This document shows, in pieces, positions 41,901-54,874 of a stretch of DNA of 64,000 nucleotides (position 1 is the first letter of the stretch; each line of letters opens with the position of its first letter). The position numbers were made by a program, and so were the translations under genes. Below the pieces are notes generated by a model. The model saw only the letters and a list, made by a program, of their open reading frames with translations, had not been told where the DNA came from and made no database searches. The DNA is from Ophelia neglecta. Lineage: Eukaryota. The DNA lies in assembly GCA_965285935.1 (NCBI GenBank), contig OZ260661.1, positions 130,820,001-130,884,000 on the forward strand, read 5' to 3'.

Positions 41901-44900
41901 AAACACCTTGTGACGATAGATTTAGTGATCTCTAGAGAGCAACATCAACTGGTCCAAAATTAGGAATCCACAGAATCTGAGTTATATTTCCCCGCCCTTA
42001 TGGAAAATAAATAACGTTACAATTTAAATCATTGTTGCTCGTGAAAAAAAAACAATCGTTTTTCAAAGCCCACTGACTTTGACAAAGGTCGGGTTTAGCG
42101 GTAATAACATCTGATCGAATCATTTACCACTAGCCTTATCCTGTACGAATATCAGCACTAGAGGGAGATATCTAATACAAGCCTGAACATCCAACAGATA
42201 ATCACGCTCACCCCGGAGCAATCAGGCCGATAAAAGAGCACAGCAAGTTGGTAGTGATCTCGGAGACAAGTCAGGCAGATTCCAGTTTTATACCCGGTTT
42301 AGATCGCTTACCTTATTCGCCGATGCCCTACGGATACTGTGACTTCGATGACAGGGGATCCTTAGATCCTGACTTGTGGTACAAAGGCGGAAGATGATCC
42401 CTTTGTGAGTTTAAGACTTAATCTGTCGTGCTCAAGCGCCGATATTACTGAACTTGTATTGTCCAACCGACAGAACAATGCTGTAGATGTTCTGGACGAT
42501 GGAGATAAGAGCCGAGGATGATTCACAGGCTTATCTCTTCTTGTGTCCCCGCAGAGCGCTGATAAACCCCGCGAATGTCATCCCAACTCACGGCATTAAA
42601 AGTTATAGTCGTCTGCAAAGCGGCCTGGGCACGTGCTCGGCCTCATTTGCATATCGTCATGGTTGGCGCACGCTCCCATTGGTCGGCCTCTGGGGACGCA
42701 GGTGCTTCTCAATGGACGCCCTACAGTAGGACACCTAAGCCGGGAATGGTTTATGCCCGTTTGTTTGTGCCTGTAATATCCGGATGGGTAGGGGGGAGTT
42801 TTAGACAGGTGTATATAGTAGCTGGGGAGTGACGCGGGGGGGGGGGGGGGCAAGGGGTAGGGAGAGGAAGAGGGAGCCAAATGTTTGATACTTCATTCTA
42901 TGCTTGGATAAAACCTCTGAGTACTGAGAAATGAAGGTGAAACTATGTTACAAAATAGCCTCTTGTTCCAGATAATCTATCTTTAAGCACAGAACAGTTT
43001 CCTTAAATCCAAGCCAGAGAAATTGTTAATTAAAAGTTACCGTAGAGTGATCAATATGAATTCAACAATCCTCCACCGGCATGTTCAATTTATATTGATT
43101 ACAAATTTACTTTCTCTAACAGCACCTTATAGACACACAACTCTCTATCATATTGAATGTTTCTGTGATGACTGAACAAGCATTGATCAGGGGTATTTTG
43201 TACATTCTGGCTACAACTGACGGGTTATGAACCTGTCACTGCGGTCTAGTCCGCCCCTCCGCATTCCGGGGATTGTAGCCCCAGTTCCGGACAGTGTCCG
43301 GGTAACGCACTACGCCAAGCTGAACCAAGACATGACTAGGGGATAAGCTGTGATCCGAGGGCGGGTAATTGTTATAGGGGCCAGACAATAGGCCTAGCAG
43401 GACCCCCGCCCCTACATCACTGGCCATATTGTCTGGGCCCACCTGACACCACCGACCGTGAGCCGGTGTGTAACTGTCATGTCACAGACCCCAGGTGCCA
43501 ATAATGAATGACTGGACATGGTTTTTGAAGCCACCGGGAACCAGCATCGCAAATACCCCTCTATCTTCCTGTTCTGCCACAGGCCAGATATAAAATGTCG
43601 GAAAAATTGATGAAGGGAATAAATCGCATATGTGGTTACATCACAAACCGCAGACATATGGTCTACTCGGACTCGATGTACGACTCCGACGGCGGGCCGC
43701 TGAATTTTCCATTATTATAATCATGGAGGTAATTGCCCTGTTTACCCACTGACTCAACGGCAAATGTTATCCCAGAGAGGGGCAGTGAGGACGAAAACCT
43801 AGTGGTGCTGATGACTGTAAACAAGATACTGCCTGATATGAAAAAGGGATAGAATTAAAAGGATTTCCAATGCCACTATATGGCCGTATGTTTTCCGGAT
43901 TTAAAATGGCCCCTTTTGTTAACTCAAGTAGCAGGCGGGCTCTAAGCCGGCAATGTATCATTCGATAATTGTTACTTTTTTATCAATTGTACAATTTTAA
44001 GTAGATATAAGCCTTCATAATTGATTACTAGTTTTGAAAATGTTATCAGGTAAAGCAGTTATCCCTGTCGATATTCAATAACCGATCAATAAACAATATC
44101 GATTATTTGTACTCCTATAATAATTTACACCTTATAGGGCAGGTTCTGTAAGGTGGAATGATTTACATGAACCATCAGAAAGAATGAATGCTCACCGATC
44201 TTAACATTATTCTGAGATTGCAAACGATTTTTGATAAAGGATAATGTCTGGTTAGTCCGCTTATCGTTTAATTCGGCACAGAAGGCAGACTAATTTATTT
44301 CGAGCAGGGAGTATATTTAGGCTTACTCCACGCACAGTCTACAAATGATGTGTTTTGCTCATCAATGAATTCCGCTCGTTATGCGAGGAAAACGGCTACT
44401 TACACAACACGAAAACTATCCGATTTTACCCTAAATACGTCGTGACAAATTGATATATCTTTCTACTTTTTGCAGTCCTGATCAAACGGATTTTTTGCCA
44501 CTGATTCATCCACATTAGCATGTGGTTTGCCTGTTGTTTTTACTAATAAAGAGGCGATCAAGGCGTGTAAGGTTAAAAAATAAACAGCGATACGCATATT
44601 CAGAAATCTGCTAAACCCGTGAATTAATGTCCAGTTAACGACGGGCCGGGCCCGGGGGATGACGGCCTATAGGTGTCAGTCTTTATTGCCTTGCGACTCC
44701 AGAAGAATTAAAGACGTGGCACCAATTGCCTGTCAGGGATTTTGTGACCTTTCACTCTCACGATTTATTTCCAAGGTCATTGTTTATAAGACGGGACGCC
44801 GGTCGCTCGGTGTGACTGTAATAGCCATTTCCCGCCGTTTGATTGTCATGTCGTCTGCGAAGCTGGCCTCCTGGAGGCACGACAATTGCCGACAAATCCC

Positions 44901-45460
44901 GAGCGCTACCGGGACGACACGGTGGGTTCTCCCATTACTGACAATGGTGTCACTTTCACGCCACCCGGAGAGACGAAATTCATTATCAAATTTATTCATT
45001 TAACACTCGGCAATCAATTAATTCTGGACAAAACCGAGTCGATTCAGAGCAGCAGGTAGCATTCACCCCGGAGCAGAACTTTTACTCGGCACACGTGCGG
45101 CAGCCATTTTAACAAGAGACGCCCGAGGTACGCCTTTCGGGAAGGATAATAAATTCCTTGGCTGATCAGAGGTTGTGTTGTAGAACTATTGCGGTGGCAG
45201 ACGATCAATGTTGGTAAAGCTGCTTTCTGCACTAGTGAGATACAATATTGATTTTATCCAATCCCGGTTAGCTGTTGTTTGGTCTTATAGACCTAATTGT
45301 ATAATATGCTTGCATGCATATAATAATAGGATAGTCCATTCCTAGAATTGTTTCATAAATGATTCTTTGTAACTGGGCCACAATCTAGCTTAATCATATT
45401 GTAATCTAGTTGTAGATCTAACCTTTGACCCTACCCCGTAAATGTGTCGGTTGGACTTGT

Positions 45461-45681
45461 NNNNNNNNNNNNNNNNNNNNNNNNNNNNNNNNNNNNNNNN
45501 NNNNNNNNNNNNNNNNNNNNNNNNNNNNNNNNNNNNNNNNNNNNNNNNNNNNNNNNNNNNNNNNNNNNNNNNNNNNNNNNNNNNNNNNNNNNNNNNNNNN
45601 NNNNNNNNNNNNNNNNNNNNNNNNNNNNNNNNNNNNNNNNNNNNNNNNNNNNNNNNNNNNNNNNNNNNNNNNNNNNNNNNN
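45461..45681. other. Assembly gap (N run)
   Basis: Run of N. Confidence 1.
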
Positions 45682-47550
45682 GTTTCTAGACCATGGTTTT
45701 ACATTGTTAATAATAAGCATTAACTTCATTCAGCCTACATGCTCACATGGTCAGGAGATATCAGCTGGTTATATTTATAGGTTTTACTTTTACCACTGTT
45801 GTTAACACGCACCGACTCCCCCCTCCCCCCCCCCCCCCCCAATATATCCTAGGCTCCGCCACCAATTTCATTTCTATTCCCACAATTCCCTTGTCTTTTT
45901 AATCAGCAGACTTTGCTTCCGAGGGCCAACCATACGTGTAGGAAAAGGAGGAATTCCGATTGGAAACTTATACGCAAGAGCTTATATATTCTACATTAGT
46001 TCGTCCCTCATACTGTCAAGTTGCCACATAGAAACCCGTTGGAAACCGTGAGTTTTGGTAGCCACTGATTAAGAAGAGTGGAATTTTCTAAATTTTGAAT
46101 CAAAGGAACAAAATTGACCGATCAATGATTCCCCGATGATACGTAAAAAAGTCGTGAAAAGAAGTTCGGTGGGATTCATGTGGGCAGAATGTATAGATTT
46201 TCGAACATAAAGTTTTCGCACAAAATATTGCTCCCATTCAATTCTCGTTCCTCTTTATGTCACTGGGCATTGCATACATGACACAAAATAGAAAACACAC
46301 CTATAATATTTCATCGGATGTAAGAAAAGCTTCTTAATTTCCTAAAAAAGTTACATAATATGCCGCCATTGAACCTCAACTTGCTGAGGGGTTCGAATCT
46401 CATTCGTCTATATTAAAAAAAACAGTCCCTCCTCACCAAGATATTTTCTCTATCAGAGACAATGTTTTGTCCAGATATTATCTTGTCACATAATACAAAT
46501 ACATGTATATTAAAGGTCGATATTTGCAGCTATCATGAGGTGGGCGGGAATTTTAAATATCTGTGCCTTTTCTTGTCAAAGACCTTCTGTAAATTCCTAT
46601 GACAAAATGAATTGGAACACGCGCAGTTGTGTCTTGTCTATTTGAGTTCTATCATCAAGCAAAAGGAAAATTGCGCTGTATAAAACATTTAATCTTAAAC
46701 ATTATAATTCGGAGATCAGATTAAACAGTAGATGAAACCAATGTGCCATTTCTAGCGCCATCTTCGACCTACCCCCCCCCCCCCCCGCCATTCCACCACC
46801 CACCCCCAACTGGGGATGAAAACTCTATGAAAGCCCAACACCGGATATTAAAGGTTTCTGGTTTGGTTGGGGGCGGAGAGGAGGCTTATAATCCAATTAT
46901 AGAGGCATTGGAATTGTAAGATAACTTTTGATCTGTGTCGTCCTCGGAGAATCTGCCCACTCTTGCTAACTTCCCGTACGCCGGATAATGACCAAATCCC
47001 TCGAGACGAGCCCAGATCCCGCGAGACGATAGCAGAATAAGAGGCAATGAAATTAAACAAGGCAGATCTAAGTGCGTTAATTAGACTGAAGGCACAGTGA
47101 ATCTAGTCCTGACTGCGACTGCGCATTACACAATGTGCCTCGCCCTTTTATATCTACCATCCCGGCCAGTTCTCCTTAAATTGCCAGATTAAGTACTCGT
47201 CATTTTATATTTTAGCACGCCGACACGTGCTAGGGCAGAATGGCATCCCGCCCCTTCTTCTCGTTACCAGGACTACGCTCTAAATCTCCCACAAAACGAG
47301 AATTGACGAGAATTAGGGATAAACGTTGTTTAATCGGGCGTGGAAGCCTATCTGCTACGAGATTTCGGAATCTCGTGGGAATTGGCTGCGTCAATTGAGT
47401 ACGTCAACAAACGCCGAGTACAAACGGCTTGGATCGGACAAGCTAGTTAGGTATACAATAACTGACTGACATCGCAGCCATCAGCAATAAGGAGAGGACA
47501 CAGCATTGCCGGTCCTAGAATTATTTAAAGGGGAGGGCCGCTTTCGTGGC

Positions 47551-47700
47551 GATTTGATTTGATTTGATTTCATTTATTTGCAACATATATTACAAAAACA
47601 GTTACAAACTAATAATTAATAAGAGATAAATGCTGCTGGACGCCAGTTATAGCCACAGCCGTTGATGCTGGACGCCCATGTAAATATATTCAGCTTTGTT
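47551..47700 (-). mobile_element. Probable 3' tail remnant of a LINE/SINE
   Basis: Minus strand ends AATAAATG(AAATC)4, the poly(A)-signal plus microsatellite tail typical of CR1/L2-clade elements. Confidence 0.4.
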
Positions 47701-48413
47701 TAGGTTGTTTAAAGGTGGTAGGTACAAGTATAGTCGAACAAATAAATATAGCAAAGGAACAGATAGATTATTGTTGTTGGCGAGGACGGTGGCCTCCTGC
47801 TTGAGAAGCCCAGTACCCCAAAACACTCTCTGGTCCAACAATACTGGATGCCCCCCCCCCCTTCCGACCCCCTCCCTTATAGATGTGGCCGAGCATTTAA
47901 TATCTTTGTCTTTATCAAGTTTTAGCAGGCAATGAAAAAGTAGGACAAAGTCCCAGCAGTCTGCGCGTTGATAGTATCCCTTCACCACATTAAATCCTTT
48001 ATTCCGTATCGTCTTTTCAATTTACGATAAAAACAAACATGCCTTAGTTCCTACCAGGCCGACATTTTGAAGGTGTTTTATACTATTATTATTTTTCCAA
48101 CTACATTTTTATTATAATGACGAATATCAGCCACATTTTTCAGGAAAGTTGAGAAATCCAACCTCAAACCTATTAGATTCTAAAGAACTCCTTAGTCTAC
48201 CCGACAATCAACTTATAACAATGGTACCCGCTTCGACTGTATATTACTAATAAATATTCTGAACGCTTACAGAATAAAGCTGGAACATAACAAACCATCA
48301 AAGGTTCCATTGACACCGATTTTTATAACTAATTTTCATATCACCTGCATGTTTCTCGCCATTGACTTTGAAGTAGCTTAATTTGACAGTTTTTTTGACT
48401 TGCTCTTCACTAG

Positions 48414-48533
48414 ATAACACCGAGACTGGTGACCTGTATCGACGGGAAGGTCGTCTTTGATCAGCGGGACTATGAGGCGTACCTCACTCTGCTAGGCATG
48501 GGCAGCCGTCATCCCATCGCGTCCGGACGGCAG
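48414..48533 (+). other. Orphan exon candidate (120 nt, open in phase 0: ITPRLVTCIDGKVVFDQRDYEAYLTLLGMGSRHPIASGRQ)
   Basis: Polypyrimidine tract + TAG acceptor, CAG|GTGAGC donor, GC-rich block in AT-rich flanks, one open frame. No family recognised. Confidence 0.4.
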
Positions 48534-51500
48534 GTGAGCCTTATTGTTCATAATTGTTATTGAACATTAGCCTATTAATATAGAATCTACGTGACAAAAA
48601 ATGCCCATATTCTTTCTGCGTGTTAATATTCCTTTTAAAGAAAGGTTAAGTGTTGTTATAAATCAATGCTTAACATGATTATTAAGCCCAAAAATTTCAA
48701 ATTCTAATGATCCTACATAGAATGCCATACACCTGCCCAGTCCCAAAAAATTTGAGATTCCAAAATCATCTGTTTTGGTACCGAGTTATACGCCGGGCAA
48801 TAATTCAATCAATAGGTATATAGGTGAAGAAGTAAAGTGAGTAACAAACATACGAAATTGATCACATGCATAGATCTGTGAAGGTCAAGGTGCAGGCTGA
48901 TTCAACAGACCCGACCCATAACCTCAACTCACAGGTGTTTTTTCATGGAAGGGTCGAGAGGGGGGCGGGGGGGGGGGGGGTTCCTTCAAAAGTGACCTCA
49001 TTGAGTGTCTTGAGAACAAGCGCCCAAGCACCCATGTTATATTAAACATATTATTTCATAATACAGGGTTCAACAGCAAGAAAATAAGAATATTTGTAAA
49101 TAGGAAAAGTCCTTCCGATATTTCGGTAGATCTTAAAGTGGTCCACACAGGCACACACACACAAACACACAAATTGTTTGTAACAAATTTTAACAAGCCA
49201 AATGAATGAATTTGCACGGAATATCTGAGTCATTCCACTTAAAAGCTGACTTAAGTTATTTTAAAACGGTCAAATGAAGCTATATACGGATTTATGATGC
49301 CCGCATGATCGAAACACACAAATGAAAACTTGTTATTGTGTTTCAAAAACCAATATGGAGATTCGAAGGGTAATTACTAAATGAAAGGAACAAGCTCACT
49401 CTAAGCATTCTGGGTAAAGTCAACAGTATCTGTATGATCAAAAACTTATCATAAGATGAGCTTTTGAATTATTGATTTATAAAGGATGATAGCATGCAGG
49501 TGAAACCATGTTTAAATAGCCAATCGATTATCAAAAAACAATTCATAAGCAACACATTTAACATATGAGATTTTGATTATTATGAAATGAAGGAGCCATT
49601 ATGCATTTTTTCCTAACCAAAATCACCGAATTCATAATCATCATATCTAATTAGCATGCAACACAATATTTGAAATAGAAAAATACTTTGATATTGCAAC
49701 ATTAAACAATTATAGTTTAACGACTTAAAGTCTGTTTTTCCGAAATAAAATAAATCAACGACATAGAGGCCACTTCATATTCATAGAAAATAATAAATGA
49801 TATAAAAAGAAGAATGGTATCAATAGACAAAGAACATTAACAGCTGGTTTGGAGTAATCTGTTCGCCATTCGTGGGTCGGTAAACCATATGCCTGCCGTT
49901 CGGCCGCCGGTCAACACTATGGCTGCCATTCAGCGACCGGTCAAGTGCACAGACGCACACAAAATTCTCACACAATATCACTGATATATTCCTCCACTCG
50001 GCGGCGTGAAGATTCTTGTTTGGGTTAGTAGATCTACTAACTGCGGCAAGAATCTTCAGGCCGTCGAGTCCACCAAAGGCGGTCGATACAATGTCGGTTT
50101 TTGGCAAGAAAAGTCGTTTTAATGACATGACTGCTTTCTCTATAGATGTCCATTTGTTGACGTCTCTACGAGATATTATTGAGAGTCATCCCTCGGGCGC
50201 TTGGTGAAGACCGTCTTTGTCCACAATGTACTCAAATAAATGTGGTAATCCTCAGGTTGCTAGAGGATTTCTTCGTTCATCTAGGCACTGAACTGAGCAA
50301 TTCATTATAAAATGAAGGCGATGGTCGCAAGAATCAGGATATTTTACTATTCAGTATCTGTTGTTCACGCTGAATTGTACGGTGCAACGGCAAGCTTTCA
50401 ATACTTACATCCCGTTAGACTGTGAATAAAACAAATAAAAACATGCCATCTGCATTTTACTTCATGTATCGTATGGTAACAAGAACACATTGCATCGGGG
50501 TCCATTTTATTTATGAGCCCATGGTTTATGGATAATCTTATGTAGCTTTTTTAATATGTAAGCAGGGTTCGTTCGATTAATTTGTTTACTCACTCTATAT
50601 AGAATTATTCTAAAATGCCTAATTTTCCATTGATTTGTCAATTGGTTGCACACCACCTGATGTTTTTAATAGTTTGGAAAATGAATAACCTTGCCCTTTT
50701 CTCTATATTCAATGTAATGTCCCACGTAACCTTTTTTTTTACTATAGAAATATCTCTCCGTGCAAATGGAGTCCCCAATAACATTTTCATCGATAACTTG
50801 AACTATTTTCAGAGGTCCCAACTTTCTCCTGTAGTCAGCGCCTAAATATTCTAAACAGTATTTTATTTTATTTATCTAAAATTAAATTAAATCAAATTAA
50901 ATCAATTAAATTTATTTTAAGTTCTTTCAATTTTTAATGACATCCCATAAAAAAACCAGTCACTAAATAAAATAAACAATAGTTATGTGGTTTATTTATT
51001 TTACTTCTTAACCATTGGTAGCCTTAAGCTTATCAGTTTTACCTGAAGCTCTAATGGACCAGCATGAAATGTACTCAACACATACACAATCTGTAAGCGT
51101 ATAAACTGTACGGACAAATACCTAAAGTTATATAACCGGTCGTGCAGTAAAGTGTACGGAAAATTACGTCCACCCCCCCCCCCCCAGCCCCACTACAACC
51201 CTCTCCACCCCGTGCCCTCCCCCGGTATATTCCATTTTATTCACTTTTAATGCGAGTATAATCATCTGTTGTTTCTCAAAGGGTAGTTATACGATAGCAA
51301 TCCTTGAAAGACCTCAGTGTGGTCTCCCTGACCTTTATATAATTTCGTAACTGTATTTTATTATTTATTAAGTGTATGATATATAATTAATGTTAAATTG
51401 GCCATAGTGTAATTCGGTTCAATAAAAAAGTTAGTTTCTGAGTTTAAATCTGTTATAGAATTTAAAATGAATTACGATGGCGTGAGAGTATATTTTTACC

Positions 51501-54500
51501 AACTTTGATAATTATCAGCTGGGACTGACTGCCTTCCCATGGACCTACCATGCCTACAATTATATATTATGTTTATGCCTGGCTACAGTATGTACAGTTA
51601 TTAATTATAATATGCAGCCAATCACTCTCAGGGATGGTTCCCACCGGATAGTTAATTGTCGCAAGGGGTCTGCTCAGGATAAGTTAAATGAAAACGGGAA
51701 TACAAGATGGATATTGCCCAGCATGTGCGATTCAATGTGCCAACTATGTGCCAAATTAGCCCGTTCAATGTGTATTTGAACTTTTTATTTAATAAAATTG
51801 TAATTTAGTGAGCATTTCCTAATTATCATTTTATCTATCAATTTTTGTTGTGCATTCTATGTCATCGCCGATTGTACATTAATTGTTTAATTCAGGTATG
51901 AAGTAGAAATCAATCTTTTATTGAAAATTTGAAACTAAACTTGAATATATATTAGCAAGATATCAACTGGAAATTCATAAACGAATTTCCCAAGTGAATT
52001 AGTGAGCATTCGACTCATAGTAATGCTGAGTCACAATGGCCAGGATTCGCTAAAATAAAACATGGCAGTGTACCGGGATGTACTTGTTCACCCAGCAATA
52101 GACATGTCGAGTTGGTCACCAATTACGGAAAAATAGCAAATATAATGCTTGTGTGGCTCTGTAAAACAAAGAATAATCGTCATTGCCCGCGGCACAGTCG
52201 AGCCGCCGACTTTCCGGCGTTTTGCCACCATTTTGTCTCGGTGACATGCGCACTGACCCGTTTCCGGCGACAATTACCCTCCGGGGCAGACGACAATTTA
52301 CAGCCCGCGTGTTAAGCGCTCTGCCGTTCGGGGCGGTCACGGATCAGGGCCCATCTCCGCCTGATCTCAGCAGATAAGCTATTCTGATCAGCTCTCGATA
52401 ATTTTGGCGGCAAAACTCAGAGCGAACGTTTGACAAACGATCATGTTGGGGGCAGGAGCCCTTGCAGCTAAAATAAGGGTGAATTTGGACTGAAAAGAGA
52501 CCGCCCTGGGAGAATAACACTGTTAATGTTATCGTATTGATCGGCAGACGAGTTAGGGAAAAGAAACATTTTGTGAACCAAAGAAATTTGAAGCTACCAA
52601 TCCCGCCATTATTCTAACATCTAGAAATTTATCATATCCGCTTGCAGTAATTATGTAACAAAACGACGCCCTTGGGGTATACTCAAACTTTTCAGTTGCA
52701 CATTTAAAGCTTTAAATTTCACCGTCTTATATTAAAAATATTTGCCATATTGATAAGACATGAAACAGAGCATAGATTTCATGGAGCATGCATATAATTA
52801 TGACAGCTAATAGCACCAACCACAATAAAGGCAGTAGGCCTCGTAAACATTTTCAAATAAGCGCCATTGCCGTTTTTGATAGGACTCCAAGCTTATTTTC
52901 TGCGGAATTTGTCCTTTTCCATTTTTTACACCGGCGAACTTGCAGCAATGAAAATGTAGGCTTACTTTAATATATTCCACCACTTATTGCACATTTTAAC
53001 CTCTGAGTGAGAATTGGGGTAGAAAACGATATTTGATTGTTTCATAATTTATCTTTTATTTGTGTTTCATACTATGAGATGGTATAATCTATAACATTAG
53101 TTCGACATCGATCTTATATACCGACAATATTGATTTCATGTCAAAAGGTGCATTACATTGACTCCGTACTCCGTACTCCGTACATTGACCCCTCTCTCCC
53201 CACAAACAACCTACCTATAACTTATGGTGGGATGATAAATAAGCTATAGGGCCTCAATCAATCTATCTAATAATCTGTGACATATCTGCCACGTTCGCGC
53301 TTAAATATATTCCTTTGTTTTTCACCCCTTCAGGTTTGATTTTATTCCGGTAGAATTTGATCTCGATCCGATCCGAATGATATCTGAGAAATTCATCATC
53401 ACACATCTGAATTTGGAACTGTATGTGGCATTTGCATCGAAATTGTTGGACAATATATTATGCACAGTATGGCTGAGCCCATCTGATAACAACTATCTTG
53501 ATTTCAAATTTCAAAATTGTGAAATTATAATCTACAAAATATGGCTTATCTGCCTTCACAGATTGTTGGTATCAACTGTGCGCGCGTGGTGCTGACAAAC
53601 TGCGAGCAGACGACACAGCCGATAACCCAATTCAGCTCACGATTCAACCAATAAATCAGTCCTATGTCAGGCACATTCACAGATCCCTTTCTCTCGAATA
53701 TCGATAACAAAACCAGCCGAGTTGGAACTGATAATCATCTGCTCAACAACCTGTTGCAGTGGGCTCCTAATTGTAGAACGCTTTGTTTTCTAGAAGGATA
53801 CATACAATACAGGAACCGAGACTGCACACGTGGATCAATTGACAAAGATTATTGTTTTAAACGGCACTTGATGTTCGGAATATTAATAGGTAATAAATAT
53901 TTAAACGTTGCTTGTTGAATTATAAATTGCAGACGATGATTGTGCATCTGGTATACGCGGGAAATGGAGTTTAGTTTTTTCCTGGCGAACATGGCCTATA
54001 TAGGTCTGATATTTTATTTGTTGTGGGCCTACATAGGCCTACATTGAAAATGTGATTATTGTAATTTATAAAAAAAACACAGGAATAATAAGACCTATTA
54101 CATTAATCTTTTTGGCATAAAATTGATAATTAAACTTTATAAATGATGTTTACGGATTGCGGCGAATTTGTGGCAACCGGTTTTATAGAAAAACATTCGC
54201 TTATTTAAAAAAAAATTATCATGAATTTAGAATATTTATAATATTCTATCTTGTTGAACAGTTTTGGCAAGTATATTTTACGCGTAAGTGGAAAATGGTC
54301 GATATATACTCCCTAGTGCACGAGCTTGAATTAAAAGTGCTGGTGTATTGTGTATTCAGTCTTATTGATGTAAAATTAAAAAATTTAGGAAACTGTGAAA
54401 GAAATACATAAGTGGACGCGTGTGACAAATTACAAGCAGTGCGAGTCGGGAAGATAACACTTTTGATTAAGGTGTTTGGGTTACAGATCCCCTGGAATGT

Positions 54501-54696
54501 TATCCTAGAGGCAATGCCTTTACTAGTATATTCCTATGATTTATGTTAATCATTTAACTGTGGATTCAATACCATTCGGTAGGCAAATAGATAAGTAGAT
54601 CGCTGGAAACAAGCTTTAAAAATGATTCAACTGTCCCAGGCCTAGCTAGAGTTTGTATACACTAACGATAGGTCATCAGCTGTACAAATGTATATA

Positions 54697-54874
54697 CAGT
54701 GAAACCTGTGAATTAAGACCGCCAAAGGGACTGGAAAATGAAGGTCTGATTTCAGAGGTGGTCTGTTTAGACAGGTTATTTAACATTGAAAGTAAACACC
54801 ATGGTCCTCATTTTGGTGGTCTGAATTGACAGGGGGTCTGATTATAGAGGTGGTCTTTAAGGCAGGTTTCACTG
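54697..54874 (+). mobile_element. 178-bp MITE, same family, full copy
   Basis: Perfect 12-bp TIR CAGTGAAACCTG...CAGGTTTCACTG flanked by TA target-site duplication; internal GGTGGTCT repeats. Confidence 0.9.

Noticed and set aside
46370-46405. B-box-like GGTTCGAATC with a small hairpin, possible tRNA/SINE
   Set aside because: No A-box or cloverleaf can be built.
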